The translations under genes and the position numbers were made by a program. Under the pieces are notes generated by a model. The model was not told where the DNA came from, made no database searches, and saw only the letters and a program-made list of their open reading frames with translations. Positions 1-12,650 of a stretch of 48,785 nucleotides of DNA are shown piece after piece. The stretch lies in the NCBI RefSeq assembly GCF_001194135.2, contig NC_068988.1, positions 45,636,903 through 45,685,687 on the forward strand, read 5' to 3'. This stretch comes from Octopus bimaculoides. Its lineage: Eukaryota. Every line of letters starts with the position of its first letter. Position 1 is the stretch's first letter.

Positions 1-281
1 TGATTAAATATACGAATTCTTTGGTCACCCACCGTTTATAATTAATTGTTTTCCATCGAAGTCTCTTTTCGAAAAACTATTTCTCAAAATATCGTTTATA
101 ACACACATTTCACTCATTTGGAAAAAAGTAACACACGTGTAAGCGTATATTGTAAGTAAATTTCAAAAAAAACAAAAAAAACGGAAAAATGACGTTAGTC
201 AAATTAAATATTTTTGTTTTCAGAACACTCCAAAAATATAATAGTGCAAACAGATGTTTTGGATAAAAGATTCAAACTTAC

Positions 282-354
282 CGCCAGGCTGTTCCAAGAA
301 TTATGACTAATTATAGCAGTTCTTGAGAACTGCTCTAGTTCCGGTCAGAACCAG
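282..354 (-). other. Candidate non-coding exon (possible 5'UTR or lncRNA exon)
   Basis: Minus strand reads ctctctatctctttgttag|CTGG...GGCG|gtaagt, a strong acceptor and donor around 73 bp. All three frames contain stops. It lies in the CpG-retaining first ~740 bp. Confidence 0.35.
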
Positions 355-824
355 CTAACAAAGAGATAGAGAGGTGGTGGGTCATGCTATTATCAGAAAG
401 CATTACTTCCTATGATATATTATGGAATCACTGACAGAGAGAGGAAGGGGTACAAAATATATATGCTATGGTCTTAGCATATCTTTTGACAGGTCACTAA
501 GAGAGAGAGAGAGAGAGGAGAAGGAAGGAAGGACAAACTAACATAGATAGGGAGTTAGGGAGTGTCTATATGCTGGATTCTCAAAGCTTTTACTAGTCAC
601 TGAGAGAGGGGAAGGGGAGACAGAATATTTCGAAAACTGAACGGATTATTTTTTGCAAGAAAGTAACTATTTTATCTAATTTTCCGATTATATAACAGGA
701 CATGCGGCGCATAGGTTGCATGGCTGAGACTGCACGCCACTGATGTCTATATATATAAATATAAGCATATATATATTATATATATATAAAAAAACGTGCA
801 CATGCATATACATATATGTACATA

Positions 825-1570
825 CTAGCAATGTGCACTGGCTTTGCCCAGGTGTTATGACCTACAACCACATTGTATTACTTGTTCCTTTCTTTTGGGC
901 AGAATTGGCATATGAGGAATATGAAGAAAACAACTCTTCATTATAAACATGTTTTTTGGTCATTTTCTAATGAACGACTCTGCAGATTCTGTCTACCGAA
1001 TTCAGTCACAAATCTGTGGTTGGCCTAGGTCTATAGTAGAAAATACTTGCCCAAGGTACCATGCTGAGGGACTAAACGTGGAACGATGTTGTTGGGAAGA
1101 AAACTTCTCAACCACCCAGTAATTCTTGCACCTAATATGTGTGTGTGTGTTTGCATTTGTTGTTAGACCGAGTATTGTGTCCCACTATGTTTCAAAGTTA
1201 GCAGGTCATAAAGCAGAGATCTATAAAATAAATGGCAGATTGAAATGCGTACTGAAGTCAGTATGATTAATTAAATGTTTGAAGATGATACCCCATAATG
1301 GCGACAGTCAAAAGACTAAACCCAGTAGAATAATGTTTAAAGACCTAATGGCTTCAAATTGAAGGTAATGGACTCCTAACCACAAGATAATGTGTTCAAT
1401 ACTTCGTATTGAACTTCTACTCTATACAATAACACTATTTGTACATCTCAGTCTACTTGACTTCCAACAATTAACAATTGTAATTTGAAGGATGTCCAGT
1501 TTTCTTGAAATACTATCGTGCAAAATATTCCGTGGAAGAGTATTTTTTCACCACAAAAAAAGACACACAC
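825..1570 (-). mobile_element. Partial non-autonomous Helitron copy (3' part) with embedded SINE fragments
   Basis: Colinear with 23520-24290 (roughly 75-80% identity by eye). Same ACTAG boundary on the plus strand (CTAG-3' on minus) next to a (TA)n tract. Confidence 0.65.
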
Positions 1571-2123
1571 ACTATATATATATTGTCTGGCATGTTAATG
1601 TTTCTGCCATCCCGCCACCTTAAATGCATGTAATATATTCAAATTTTGAATATGGCATCAGCAAGCAGTCTATAAATGGTCACTGAAATAGCCAGAAATA
1701 ACAGCTAAATAGCTTTCAAACCATATATTATCTTGAAAAGTGCACATAAGAAAATGTTGTTTGAAGTAGACTGTGCTTCAAATGAAAAGATGTCATAATT
1801 ATGGCTTCAATGCATTTAATTATCATTCTGCTGTATCAGCACTGACTTGGAGCTAAGATAACGACATCAACTACAATAATCTGTATATTTATGTATGCAG
1901 AGAAAATGCTTTCAGTTCTCATTGTGTCTCCTTTTCTCCCTTCTCTGCTTGTGTTTAGGTATTAGTATGTCTGATATGTTGTGTGTATTGAATATGCACT
2001 GTTTAGTGAAAAGCTGATCAGCTTGATGAACTGTACATTAATGTACTTTTGAACATTACATGATTCAAAACATGGTGCATGATTGCAAATGAGTGAATGT
2101 GTTTTTGTATGCACCTATTATAC

Positions 2124-2174
<51 letters not shown>

Positions 2175-2219
2175 AATATATACATACATATATGTATATA
2201 CATATATATACACACACAC

Positions 2220-2655
2220 NNNNNNNNNNNNNNNNNNNNNNNNNNNNNNNNNNNNNNNNNNNNNNNNNNNNNNNNNNNNNNNNNNNNNNNNNNNNNNNNN
2301 NNNNNNNNNNNNNNNNNNNNNNNNNNNNNNNNNNNNNNNNNNNNNNNNNNNNNNNNNNNNNNNNNNNNNNNNNNNNNNNNNNNNNNNNNNNNNNNNNNNN
2401 NNNNNNNNNNNNNNNNNNNNNNNNNNNNNNNNNNNNNNNNNNNNNNNNNNNNNNNNNNNNNNNNNNNNNNNNNNNNNNNNNNNNNNNNNNNNNNNNNNNN
2501 NNNNNNNNNNNNNNNNNNNNNNNNNNNNNNNNNNNNNNNNNNNNNNNNNNNNNNNNNNNNNNNNNNNNNNNNNNNNNNNNNNNNNNNNNNNNNNNNNNNN
2601 NNNNNNNNNNNNNNNNNNNNNNNNNNNNNNNNNNNNNNNNNNNNNNNNNNNNNNN
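2220..2655. other. Assembly gap (N run) flanked by TA/CA microsatellite
   Basis: Run of N. Confidence 1.
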
Positions 2656-2939
2656 TATATATATATATATCAGGGATGTGCTGTCTAGGTAGGCAAGGTA
2701 GGCAGTGCCTACTTTGAATAAAATAGATCAATAGCAACATTTTGCCCTCATGGCAAAATATCCACTAAGATATGCACCTAATCAATAAATTATGATGGTT
2801 AGTCTGATTACTATGCATGAAATGCAAAATGTTTTAGGTTGTTGTAAATGAGGTAGGTATAATTCGCCCTTGATTTTCAATCTCAGTATTTAAGCTACAT
2901 ATGGTAAGTACACATGCTATGTACATTTCTACAACACCG

Positions 2940-3300
2940 TTTTCTTTATGCACGGATGGTGATTTGATGATTTCCCCTTACTGCTGTGATGTTTTTTTTT
3001 CAGTTCTGCTGGTTGCAGCTCTCCCATAACATTCGTCAATATCGACATCTTTTCAGCTTTCTTGGAACTGTCTTAACCACTTGTACACTTCTGTGTGGGT
3101 CATACACCTCCTTCCATACACTTTCTGCAACTTTGGTTAGGCCTCTGACCAGGTATCGCTATAACAACTTTCTCTGTCATACTCAATGTGATGATTACAT
3201 GCTACACACCTTCCTTCCGAGCACTGCTGTAAACAGCAGAAGTGAGCTATAAAGTTAACACTTAATACACCTGCGCAGTAAAGTTCAAGGTCAATCCATT
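2940..3300 (-). mobile_element. Mariner transposase N-terminal remnant
   Basis: Minus-strand translation KLQKVYGRRCMTHTEVYKWLRQFQES*KDVDIDECYGRAATSRTEKNITAVR matches the mariner helix-turn-helix pattern (LQKVYG..YEWFKRF..GRP.TS). Stops and frameshifts present. Confidence 0.8.
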
Positions 3301-3453
3301 GCCAAGTGGCTTCACTCTGGGTGCTTTAGCTGCATTACTTTGGCAACAGTCCAGTTATTTATTGATCAGACTTCATATGTGCATAATAGTATGTGTGCAT
3401 GCTTATATATATATATTTATGTGTGTGTGTATGTATGTATATGTATATATATA

Positions 3454-3859
3454 NNNNNNNNNNNNNNNNNNNNNNNNNNNNNNNNNNNNNNNNNNNNNNN
3501 NNNNNNNNNNNNNNNNNNNNNNNNNNNNNNNNNNNNNNNNNNNNNNNNNNNNNNNNNNNNNNNNNNNNNNNNNNNNNNNNNNNNNNNNNNNNNNNNNNNN
3601 NNNNNNNNNNNNNNNNNNNNNNNNNNNNNNNNNNNNNNNNNNNNNNNNNNNNNNNNNNNNNNNNNNNNNNNNNNNNNNNNNNNNNNNNNNNNNNNNNNNN
3701 NNNNNNNNNNNNNNNNNNNNNNNNNNNNNNNNNNNNNNNNNNNNNNNNNNNNNNNNNNNNNNNNNNNNNNNNNNNNNNNNNNNNNNNNNNNNNNNNNNNN
3801 NNNNNNNNNNNNNNNNNNNNNNNNNNNNNNNNNNNNNNNNNNNNNNNNNNNNNNNNNNN
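3454..3859. other. Assembly gap (N run) within (TA)n
   Basis: Run of N. Confidence 1.
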
Positions 3860-3898
<39 letters not shown>

Positions 3899-4294
3899 CA
3901 TGCATGTAGAAATGTACATGTGCATATAGTATGTGTGTCTGTGTGTTTATACATATACATATAAGCATGTATGTATATATACATATGCATATACATACTT
4001 ACATTGTTAAAAGCTCGAGAAATCGCCACAACCCTTAATAAAAGTTTCAAAATGAATTTTTCTGGCTAACCTGATGCAGGTTAATCAACCTCCACAAAAA
4101 CCATATTAAGCTTTAGTGGTGTCGATTCAGTTAGACATAGAATAAATAAGATGTACTAATACTTAGAATAAAGATGTAATTTCTCTCTTATCATGGAACA
4201 ACAGTAAGTCAGTAATAGGGTAGTTTAATGGTGTTGACATTAACTGAATATTTTTTCGGTTTGACATAGAATTTTACCCTTTCATAGCTAAACT

Positions 4295-4578
4295 GTGGAG
4301 GCACATGGCCTGGTGGTTAGAGCAGTGGATTCACAGTCAAGGGATCACGGGTTCGAATCTCAGACTGGATGATATGTGTGTGTTTATGAGCGAAACACCT
4401 AAGCTTTACATGGCTCCGACAGAAGGTAATGGCAAACTTATGCTGACTCTTTCCTCCTGCATCTAGCAGCTCACCTGTAATGGCCCTGTCCAGGTGGGGA
4501 ACCTATATGCTAATGAAACCGGGAATCCAGCCCTTATGAGCCAAGCATGGCTCAAGAAAGAATAAACAACAGCAACAG
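4295..4578 (+). mobile_element. tRNA-derived SINE (family C type)
   Basis: Pol III A box (TGGCCTGGTGG) and B box (GGTTCGAATC) head; ends in a (caa)-like tail. Confidence 0.8.
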
Positions 4579-5285
4579 AAGTAAGCTAACATCCAAAGTT
4601 TAGCTTTTGCCAATATCATCGTATAAATAAGTATATCTGATATCAAGATAATTATGCTAAAGTAATCATTTTTGTTTCTTGCTAAGTCATACTAGAATAA
4701 GAAATAATAAAATAGGGACACATTTTATTATATGTCATACGATCTCATGAAAGTGTAGAATTATGCATAATTATTCAAATCTATATTTTGGACACCTGAT
4801 GCAAAAGATTTCTAGCCTTGTAAGAACTTTTAGACAGAAGCATTTATCTTTTAGTCCCGCACAGTATGAATGGTCTGAATTCAGTAACTTTAGAAAAGAT
4901 CTCATTAAATTATTCATTTACATGTGTTTACAAATTGAAGTTGATATCAATCTTAATATAGTTAACTTGGGGTATCTACCTTCAATTTACATATGAATAA
5001 ATGATGCCCTTATCGTAAATCTAATGCAAGCTTATTTTGTGAAAATATGAAATCCAATTATTCACCCAAAATTCTACAAAACTTACGTCTTATAAATAAA
5101 TGTATATCCTGATTATCCTCAGATAAGGCTACATATTAGTGCTTCTCACTATTGTAATGAGGTCCTTTGCAATGGTTGCTTTTCTGATAAAATGCAACAC
5201 ACAATACACTCTAATATTACTAAGAATAAAAATAGACAAAAATCTAGCATTTAATTTTAGTGTATGAACTTAAATATTGTCCAAG

Positions 5286-5484
5286 ATTTTTGTCTGTGTG
5301 GTAAGAAGTTTGCTTCCCAACTATATGGTTCTTGGCTCAGTCCCACTGTGTGGTACCTGGGCTAAGTGTCTTCTACTATAGCCACAGGCTGACCAAAGCC
5401 TTGCGAGTAGATTTGGTAGACGGAAGCTGAAAGAAGCCTGTTATATACATACATACATAAATACATATACATATACACACACAC

Positions 5485-5522
<38 letters not shown>

Positions 5523-5727
5523 CTGTCTTTGTTCTCCACCACCTTGTGACAACCAGTGTCAGTATATTTACCCCACCCCCTAACTTAGCAGTTTGGCAAA
5601 AGTGACCGACAGAATAAGTACTAGGCTTAAAAGAAAAAATACATACTGGGGTTGATTAGTGAGACTAAATATTGTTCATGGTGATGCCCCAGTGTGGCCA
5701 CAGTCTAATGACTGAAACAAGTACAAG
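5286..5727 (+). mobile_element. tRNA-derived SINE (family A) with internal TA/GT microsatellite
   Basis: Colinear with copies at 29203, 31343 and 41037 (ggttcagtcccactg..., ...atgactgaaacaag tail). Confidence 0.9.
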
Positions 5728-6476
5728 AAATCATAGATACATGATAAAGTAAGTTCCTCCTGCCACAAAGATTTTGCCAGCATTGGTAAACATTTCAAAC
5801 AGCAAAGCTTTTCCAGCAAGAATAATGTAGTCTTTTTTTTTTACTATAATTGCACAACTTAATTTCCACTGAGCAGTAATTATCTTTTAAAAGCTTCAAT
5901 ATATTGTGCAAAGGTGCAAACAGTCTGTAACATTATGCTAAGGCTTTTATTGGATCAAGCAATAGTTTATCAACATATTTATTGATGTATTCATTTCATC
6001 AATATATTCATTTATTCAATAAGCCAGGAAGAGATTTTCAACTACCATTTCCAAATATATTTGGTTTTTAAGAGAAATAAGTGCACTGCATTTAAATAAA
6101 ATAGCCATTCCTTGAACATGTTCCCCATTTGTACCTGGAAACTTCATACAAATGTGCACTGGAAATTATTCTTAAATAAAGGGTTGTTAATTTTATGTGA
6201 AATCAGTCATGGCTTAAGCAGTCTGAAATGTTAGGATTTTGTAGGCATGCTTCAAAATATTTATTTCCCAAGTTTATTCTAAAAACTAGAGGAATTCAAG
6301 AATGTTCTAAATATTTGATGCAATGTGGATATTACCACCCCATTTCTGGATTTTTATGTGTTTAAAAACATTTAAAAGTTTTAACTTATTTGCTCTAGAC
6401 ATTTAGGTTTTTTCAGACACATTCAATAATATATTTTCAGTTTTGACATTGGATATATCTATATATATATATATAT

Positions 6477-6479
<3 letters not shown>

Positions 6480-6524
<45 letters not shown>
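6480..6524. repeat. (CA)n microsatellite
   Basis: About 22 CA units seen directly. Confidence 0.95.
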
Positions 6525-6527
<3 letters not shown>

Positions 6528-6814
6528 TGTGTTTGTGCTTTCACATATTTCATTTTGCATTGCCATAACACCTTTCCTCTAAATGGTAACCCTCTCTATT
6601 TTTTAAATAAAAGTTATATTGTCAATCAATAAGATCTTTTATTGAATTTCATCAAAGCAAATGTTTATGATATTCATATTTTTTCATTGTTTGTTTATTA
6701 TGGACCATTTTATATTCTATTTTTCCATAATTTTCTGAAGACTTTAAACAAGAAGCTCAGAGTAATGATCTGCATAGTTTTAGTTTTCATTAAACAACAT
6801 AACTCTACTTTCAG

Positions 6815-9522
6815 CATTGAGTACTCTATTTTCTTCCTCTTGGACAGACTTGAATATATATATATTAATCTAGTAAAAGGGTAATAGACAAATGAAAAAA
6901 TAGTTGAACATTGAGAAGGAAACGCTGACTTTTACCACTAAAAGCATCTCTGTTCCATACAAAATATTACTTGAAATGTTTAATGAAAAAATTTGAAGGT
7001 TTTATAAGATTTTGCTTTTCCATGATAGGTAAATCCAAAATTTAGGTTGTAAATAAATTTAGATATAAAACGACGACAAAGAACTGGAACCATCTGAAAC
7101 AGATTTTTCAATTTAGCAAAAAGCATTAGATTCAGGAAAGAACAAAAAGTTTCAATGCTTTTTACAGAAGAATTTAACATTATTACGAAATTCTAAGTAA
7201 ATCCATATATAATCAATGTTAAAAAAAATTTTATGGTCTAGACAGAAACATATAAAAAGGATTATCACGAAAAGCCATTACTAAAATTTCCAAAAATTCT
7301 GGAGCCAATGCATACAACTTCATCATTGTAGAAGCTAAAGAAATTTCTACAACCCTTAATATAAACAACAAAGTAGAATATGTAACACAACATAAATCAT
7401 ACACTACTCTTACAGACCTCACACTTAAATTCTTTTTATTTAAACATACCTTTTCCATATTCTGTCATTCAAGAACACTCATATAACTTGCCCAATACAA
7501 CAAATTCATTTTATTTTCAAGTACTCTGTGTAAAACCCAAGTTTCATACAAATTGTGATATTAGGCATTGTATACAAGTTCACATAATTTGCTCTTCACC
7601 TGGGAAAGAATCCCTTTGTTGACAACAACAGAAACAGGTCCTTGAGCTCTTTCTACCTTGTCCTTAATCTGGCTATTTTGCTTTGACAGGACCCACCCCA
7701 ATTGCCAAGCATACAATCTGGTTATTAACAAATATACAGAAATACTAAAAACAATATGTATTTTTCTCTTATTTTTTTCTCTCTTTTTCATTCCTTCTAT
7801 GTATATATATATGTATTTGTATGTGTGTGTGTGTGTGTAAGTGTGTATATTTTATATATATATATATATATACCCACACACGTCATATTTACTTAAAACA
7901 CAATAATGATATTATGTAGGTATGTACACACATATACATACACACACACGCATTTATTTTGATGGTAGGTACACACATATAGCCAATCATATGTGTGTGT
8001 GTGTTTAACCTGATAGGGACAGTCTCTATGCAGTACTTAAAGCCCCCACCTCTAATTAGCACAGAACTCTGACAATGTTACACAGTATACCTTGGGACAT
8101 GATGCCATTTAATGTTTCTGAGCTTTGCACCAATTTAAAAGTGAGAATCAGCAGGCAAACTGTCTGCTTCTCCCTACAGTTCCGTATTTGCTTCACAAAC
8201 TTTATTGTAGGTTTGATACATCTCAAATATCATTAAAAACACAAGTGAGTGGTTGATTATCTGTTGGTATCACTTAAAATGCTTGAGTGGACAAAATGAA
8301 ATGGTTTCAAGGAAACAAAATGTTTTGCAAAGGAAATGAACTTGAACAAAATTCTTTTAATTGGTCATAATGTATTGCTATCAGCAAAATGTTAAGATTT
8401 TGTGTTTATTAGATAGACGTATTTAATGATTAGTGATGGTTTGGAGGAATTAGGGGTGATCAATAGATTGAATGACTTGTGGAATTTATAAGAATCTTTC
8501 TTGAAGTTCTGAGTTCAAATGCTGCTAAGATAAATTAAATTTCATTATCCTTCTGTGATCAATCAAACCAGTGAAACATCAATGCTCACCTTTTGTTGCT
8601 GAATTATGATGGACCCTCTCATCAAAGATGATGTGTGAGCATTCAGCTTTTTGTTGAACGACCTGCACAAATGATTTGCTTATAGTGATCGAATGTATGT
8701 GCAACATATTAGCTCGCTCTCTCCATCAAATTGCTGTTACCCAAAAAGGTGCACAATGAACCATACATCAGGTGTTGAAGTGATCGTGAAGCAAATTGAG
8801 ATGAAGTGTTTTGCTCAAGAACACAATGCACCATCTAGTCTAGGAATTGAAACTACAATCTTGTGATCATAAGTGCAACACTCTAACCACTAAGCCATGT
8901 GTTCTCACACCAAATTATAGTAGATTTTTACTCATGACAACCATTTTGCCTGCTCTTTAGCATAACATTTTTAGTCTAACTTTGTTCAATGATTCCTTCT
9001 TTCAAGGCAGTAGTGTGCAATCTGAAGATTTGGCTACCTTTATTTCTAGCAAGATGAATAAACACACAGAGGCTACATCAGTGACATCCTGAAGATGCAT
9101 CATGTTTAAGTGAATTATGAGATTCGTGGTTGTGGTTTCAAATTCACTACAGGCATTTAGTTTTGCTTTGCTCAAATATCACTAAGACTTTGGTTTTATA
9201 CTGTTGTTGAAAATATGTAATTCTCAGAACTTGTTCTATATTTACTTGTAGCAGTTTTGCATCCTATGTGTGGGTAACTGAATCACAAGAGGATTAATAC
9301 TGGGGGTCATTATTACTCAAACATTACTATTTTTATTCCTTAAAGAATAAGGCTCAGCATACTCTGAACACAATCCCACCGAGGACAAGTTTGCCTTTCA
9401 TCCTTTTGGTGTTGTTACATAAGGTACAAGTCCCATATTTGGTTTGATCCTTCTCTTCTCTTTCTCTTTCTGGAAGAAACAGATTGTGGTTAGACCTGGT
9501 GAAGGAAGTGTTCTACAATGGT
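6815..9522 (+). CDS. Putative spliced fragment of an unidentified gene: candidate exons 6815-6880, 7690-7757, 8180-8244, 9483-9522
   Basis: All four have AG/GT boundaries with compatible phases and join into IEYSIFFLLDRLEYIYINLVKGTHPNCQAYNLVINKYTEILKTIFPYLLHKLYCRFDTSQISLKTQIVVRPGEGSVLQW. 8180-8244 has the best signals (ctgcttctccctacag / gtgagt). No homolog recognised, and chance exons are common in AT-rich DNA. Confidence 0.3.
6890..7445 (+). mobile_element. Penelope-like retroelement ORF 5' remnant
   Basis: Frameshifted translations YYLKCLMKKFEGFIRF, KELEPSETDFFNLAKSIRFRK and EAKEISTTLNINNKVEYVTQHKSYTTLTD resemble the region N-terminal to the RT of invertebrate Penelope-like elements. Confidence 0.65.
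8590..8910 (-). mobile_element. Decayed tRNA-derived SINE (family C type)
   Basis: Minus-strand head catggcttagtggttagagtg...tcaattcc followed by tgtgttcttgagcaaaacact. Confidence 0.75.
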
Positions 9523-9639
9523 GTATGTATCTGTATATTAAGTCACTCCATAAATAATGTGTTCTTTTTATACTTCTTTTATTTTTAAGATAAATTTCTT
9601 TTTTAATCTAAAATATATTCTCCTTCATTTTCTACAATG

Positions 9640-11567
9640 CTCTTCCATGTATCTGGTAGACTTGCAAGGCCTCCACCAAAATTTACTTGTCTGTGATGAA
9701 AAATATTTCATTCTGTTTCTTCCAAAATTACTGGTAGTTCACACACGATGTTCCACATCACTTTTTTTTTCAGCTGCTTGATCTCATTCGATTGTTTCGC
9801 TGCTCCATTTAGGCTATTGCACAAGGTGCTTATGGGTGTATTCCATAAATTAAATTTCTCCATAAATTCAGTGCCAAGTAAATTCATGGATTTTTTTCAA
9901 CACATAAACATTCATTTTTTAGTTTGACCTTTGAACAAATGTGTTTGTCTGTGAAATATAATTTTCTTCCTGTAACACCATATGCCATTTTGTTTGAACT
10001 ACATAATTTTGGTTTACCCATTTGTTCCCATGTTTTCTCATATCACTTCCCATATCTAATTGCATTCTGACACTAGTGTTTTAATTCTCACATTCATGAA
10101 TTTTCTGTTTGTTGTAGTCACAAATTTTCCTACTAACAAACTATTCACTTTTTCTTGTTTGTTCCATTTTCCTCTCATTCTAGTTTTGCAGTGTGATTTT
10201 ATGTCTTGTTAACCTACAGCAAAAACACTTTGCATTTTATATAGACAATCTTTTTTTCAGCTGCTTCCCACCACATGCCATACATGGGTCTACATCCTGA
10301 TATTTTTTCTGTTTTTCTTGCAACACCTTATTTGTCTACCGACATTTTTGCACTGGTCTTATGTGGAAACACTCTTTCCATTGAATTTCTTCTGCATCAT
10401 GTCTTCATTTTAATATCCTGTCCACACTCTTATGACAGTTTCTGCAATGTCAAATCCTGGTTCATTTCCAATTTTGATAGAATTTTCTTTCGGATTTCTG
10501 CATCCCTTCTATCTGTCAATCCTTGTGCAAAAATCAAACACTGGAAAGAATCTGGAATAAGTATATCTAGCTTAGATCTCTCACATTCTTTGTTGACTCT
10601 GCCTGTGTAAGTAGTGAGGTCTTCATCTTCACTCTTTTCTATGTTTAAACATTTCCATCTAATATTAAACAGTGAAATCTCTTCACTAATCATTTTGCAC
10701 AAAATGTCAACTATGTTGGTGAAATTTATGTCAGATGCTTTTTTTGGCAATATAAAGTTACTAGACTTCTAACGTTCTGCTGTTGCTAGTTTTCTTACAA
10801 CTAGATATGTTTTCATTTTGTTCATCCAATCCTGGCATTCTTTTCCAAAAATGTTTTGAAATCTTTGAAAGTAAGCCTCGAAGGTTACTCCTTCTTCAGG
10901 GTCATATTTGAAATCATTTATGGAATTTACTACTTGGTCAGCCGAAAATGTATTCTCCAGTTTGGTTATCAACTTCATTAGTTGTAACATTTGCTGCCGC
11001 AATCATTGTTATTGTTCTTGTTGCTCTTTGAGTTGTTGTTATTACTGTTTTTGCAACTGAACTATCCCAGCGAACAAGTCTTCCATATTTTACGATATTC
11101 GTAAGTTTGCACAACAAGAATTTCGTTTCTTTTTTGTTGAGGTATTCAATTTTCCACATGAATTAGTTTAAACTCTCCATGAGAATGTTTTTCTTTTTCA
11201 CTCCATGTAGATTTGTTTTTCCTCCCTCGCCACTGTTGTAAAACGGTCTTTTGCCACTGTTGTATCTGTCCTTTGATGATGGTTGTCACTCTGACAGGTA
11301 TTGTTATATTCTGAAGTCGTAAATAGAATGGTTCTATCTGGTACAGTATGACCCCCAGTTGCACAGTGTTATTATCCTCAAAAGGCTGGATCGATATAAC
11401 GTCCACTCAGTATCACAGAATAATTACTATATCAGCACAGACATGTCTATCAACACAGTCTACATGTACTCTCGACCTCCTTGACCTTCCTGACCTTCTT
11501 CTGTCGACTGGCTACTGGTCTATTTATAATGGCTGGGTACGACCACTTTTTAAGGGAGAGGTGTACA
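9640..11567 (-). mobile_element. Ty3/Gypsy LTR retrotransposon remnant 1 (Mag-like): 5' LTR, PBS, gag, protease
   Basis: ATG at 11086 (MEDLFAGIVQLQKQ, then Q-rich). Gag motif FKYDPEEGVTFEAYFQRF, degenerate Cys knuckles (CMACGG; KCFCC..RHK) and protease-like MQLDMGSD at 10042-10065. Multiple stops and frameshifts. Confidence 0.9.
11261..11567 (-). repeat. 5' LTR of Gypsy remnant 1 (~307 bp, TGTA...TACA)
   Basis: Minus strand begins TGTACAC, ends GATACA, contains TATAAATA and is followed by a TGGC primer-binding-site motif. Confidence 0.7.
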
Positions 11568-11660
11568 GTCTACCCCTTCCACAGGTTCCCTCCTCAGTTA
11601 GAGCTTGGTATTTCTTTATGCAGTAATGGTGTTGGCTCATTCTTTTGTGCATGGGTATCA
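11568..11660 (-). mobile_element. RTE LINE C-terminal fragment cut by the Gypsy LTR
   Basis: Translation RMSQHHYCIKKYQALTEEGTCGRGR matches the RTE end at 35390-35450 (KKCQSLTVERTCGRGR). Confidence 0.65.
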
Positions 11661-12257
11661 TTCTGATCAATTTCTTTAGAATATTGTCTCAATATTTTAC
11701 ATTTTTGTGATTTGGAGGGTCTTTAGGACTATCATTTTTATTGGTTAGTCTCCAATGTTGTTTTGTTAAGTTGTTTTCTTGTTTGGAACATTAAATATGC
11801 TTGTCGTTCAGTTTGTTAGCTTGTTATTTGTAATATATTTTTGTTTATCATCTTCACTGTATTGTTTCATTATCTTGAATTTTCCTGAATATCAAGTTCA
11901 TCATTAATATCTATGAAATGCTAAATTTATTGATTGACACTATTATGTCCTTGTACAATAATATCAGCATCTACATCTGTAGTCTTTCAGGCAACAGTAA
12001 TGAATTTGTGGTGTAGTTAGCCATAATTTAAAGAGACTCACTTGCACTTTACCCCTTTATAACTGCTATGCTTTGTGTATAACATTTCTATATCAAGAAG
12101 GTGGATACACTATGAGAAGAAAGTATTCCCTGCTGTAAAATTTTATGCATTAGATGTCTCTACTGAGGCTACAATTTTAACTGATAACTCTTCAACTCGA
12201 AGAAAGCTGAAACTAGATCAGCAAAAGTGGTATAAATAGTGGCTGCTATTGTTTGGT

Positions 12258-12650
12258 GTGGAGGCGCAATGGCCCACTGGTTAGGGCAGCGGACTCGCAG
12301 TCATAGGATCGCAGTTTCGATTCCCAGACTGGGCGTTGTGAATGTTTATTGAATGAAAACACCTAAAGCTCCACGAGGCTCTGGCAGGGGATGGTGGCGA
12401 ACCCTGCTGTACTCTTTCACCACAACTTTCTCTCGCTCTTACTTCCTGTTTCTGTTGTACATGTAATTCAAAGGGTCAGCCTTGTCACACTCTGTGTCAT
12501 GCTGAATATCCCCGAGAACTACGTTAAGGGTACATGTGTCTGTGGAGTTCTCAGCCACTTGCACGTTAATTTCATAAGCAGGCTGTTCCGTTGATTGGAT
12601 CAACTGGAACCCACGACGTTATAAGCGACAGAGTGCCAGAGAGAGAGAGA
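12258..12650 (+). mobile_element. Full-length tRNA-derived SINE (family C) with 13-bp TSD
   Basis: A/B box head, (GA)n tail and perfect TSD GCTATTGTTTGGT at 12245-12257 and 12651-12663. Confidence 0.95.

Noticed and set aside
2018-4050. Long ORFs of 180-340 aa here, at 42213-43312 and at 47641-48018
   Set aside because: They stay open only because they run through N gaps and TA/CA repeats.
7600-7717. Minus-strand exon candidate LYAWQLGWVLSKQ...NKGILSQ
   Set aside because: It overlaps the plus-strand candidate at 7690-7757, has no recognised homolog, and could not be chained unambiguously. Left unsupported rather than disproved.
11568-11600. Apparent polypurine tract (GAGGAGGGAA) before an LTR, suggesting tandem Gypsy elements sharing an LTR
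   Set aside because: The purine run encodes EEGTCGRGR and matches the RTE LINE end at 35390-35450, so it is the insertion target rather than a PPT.
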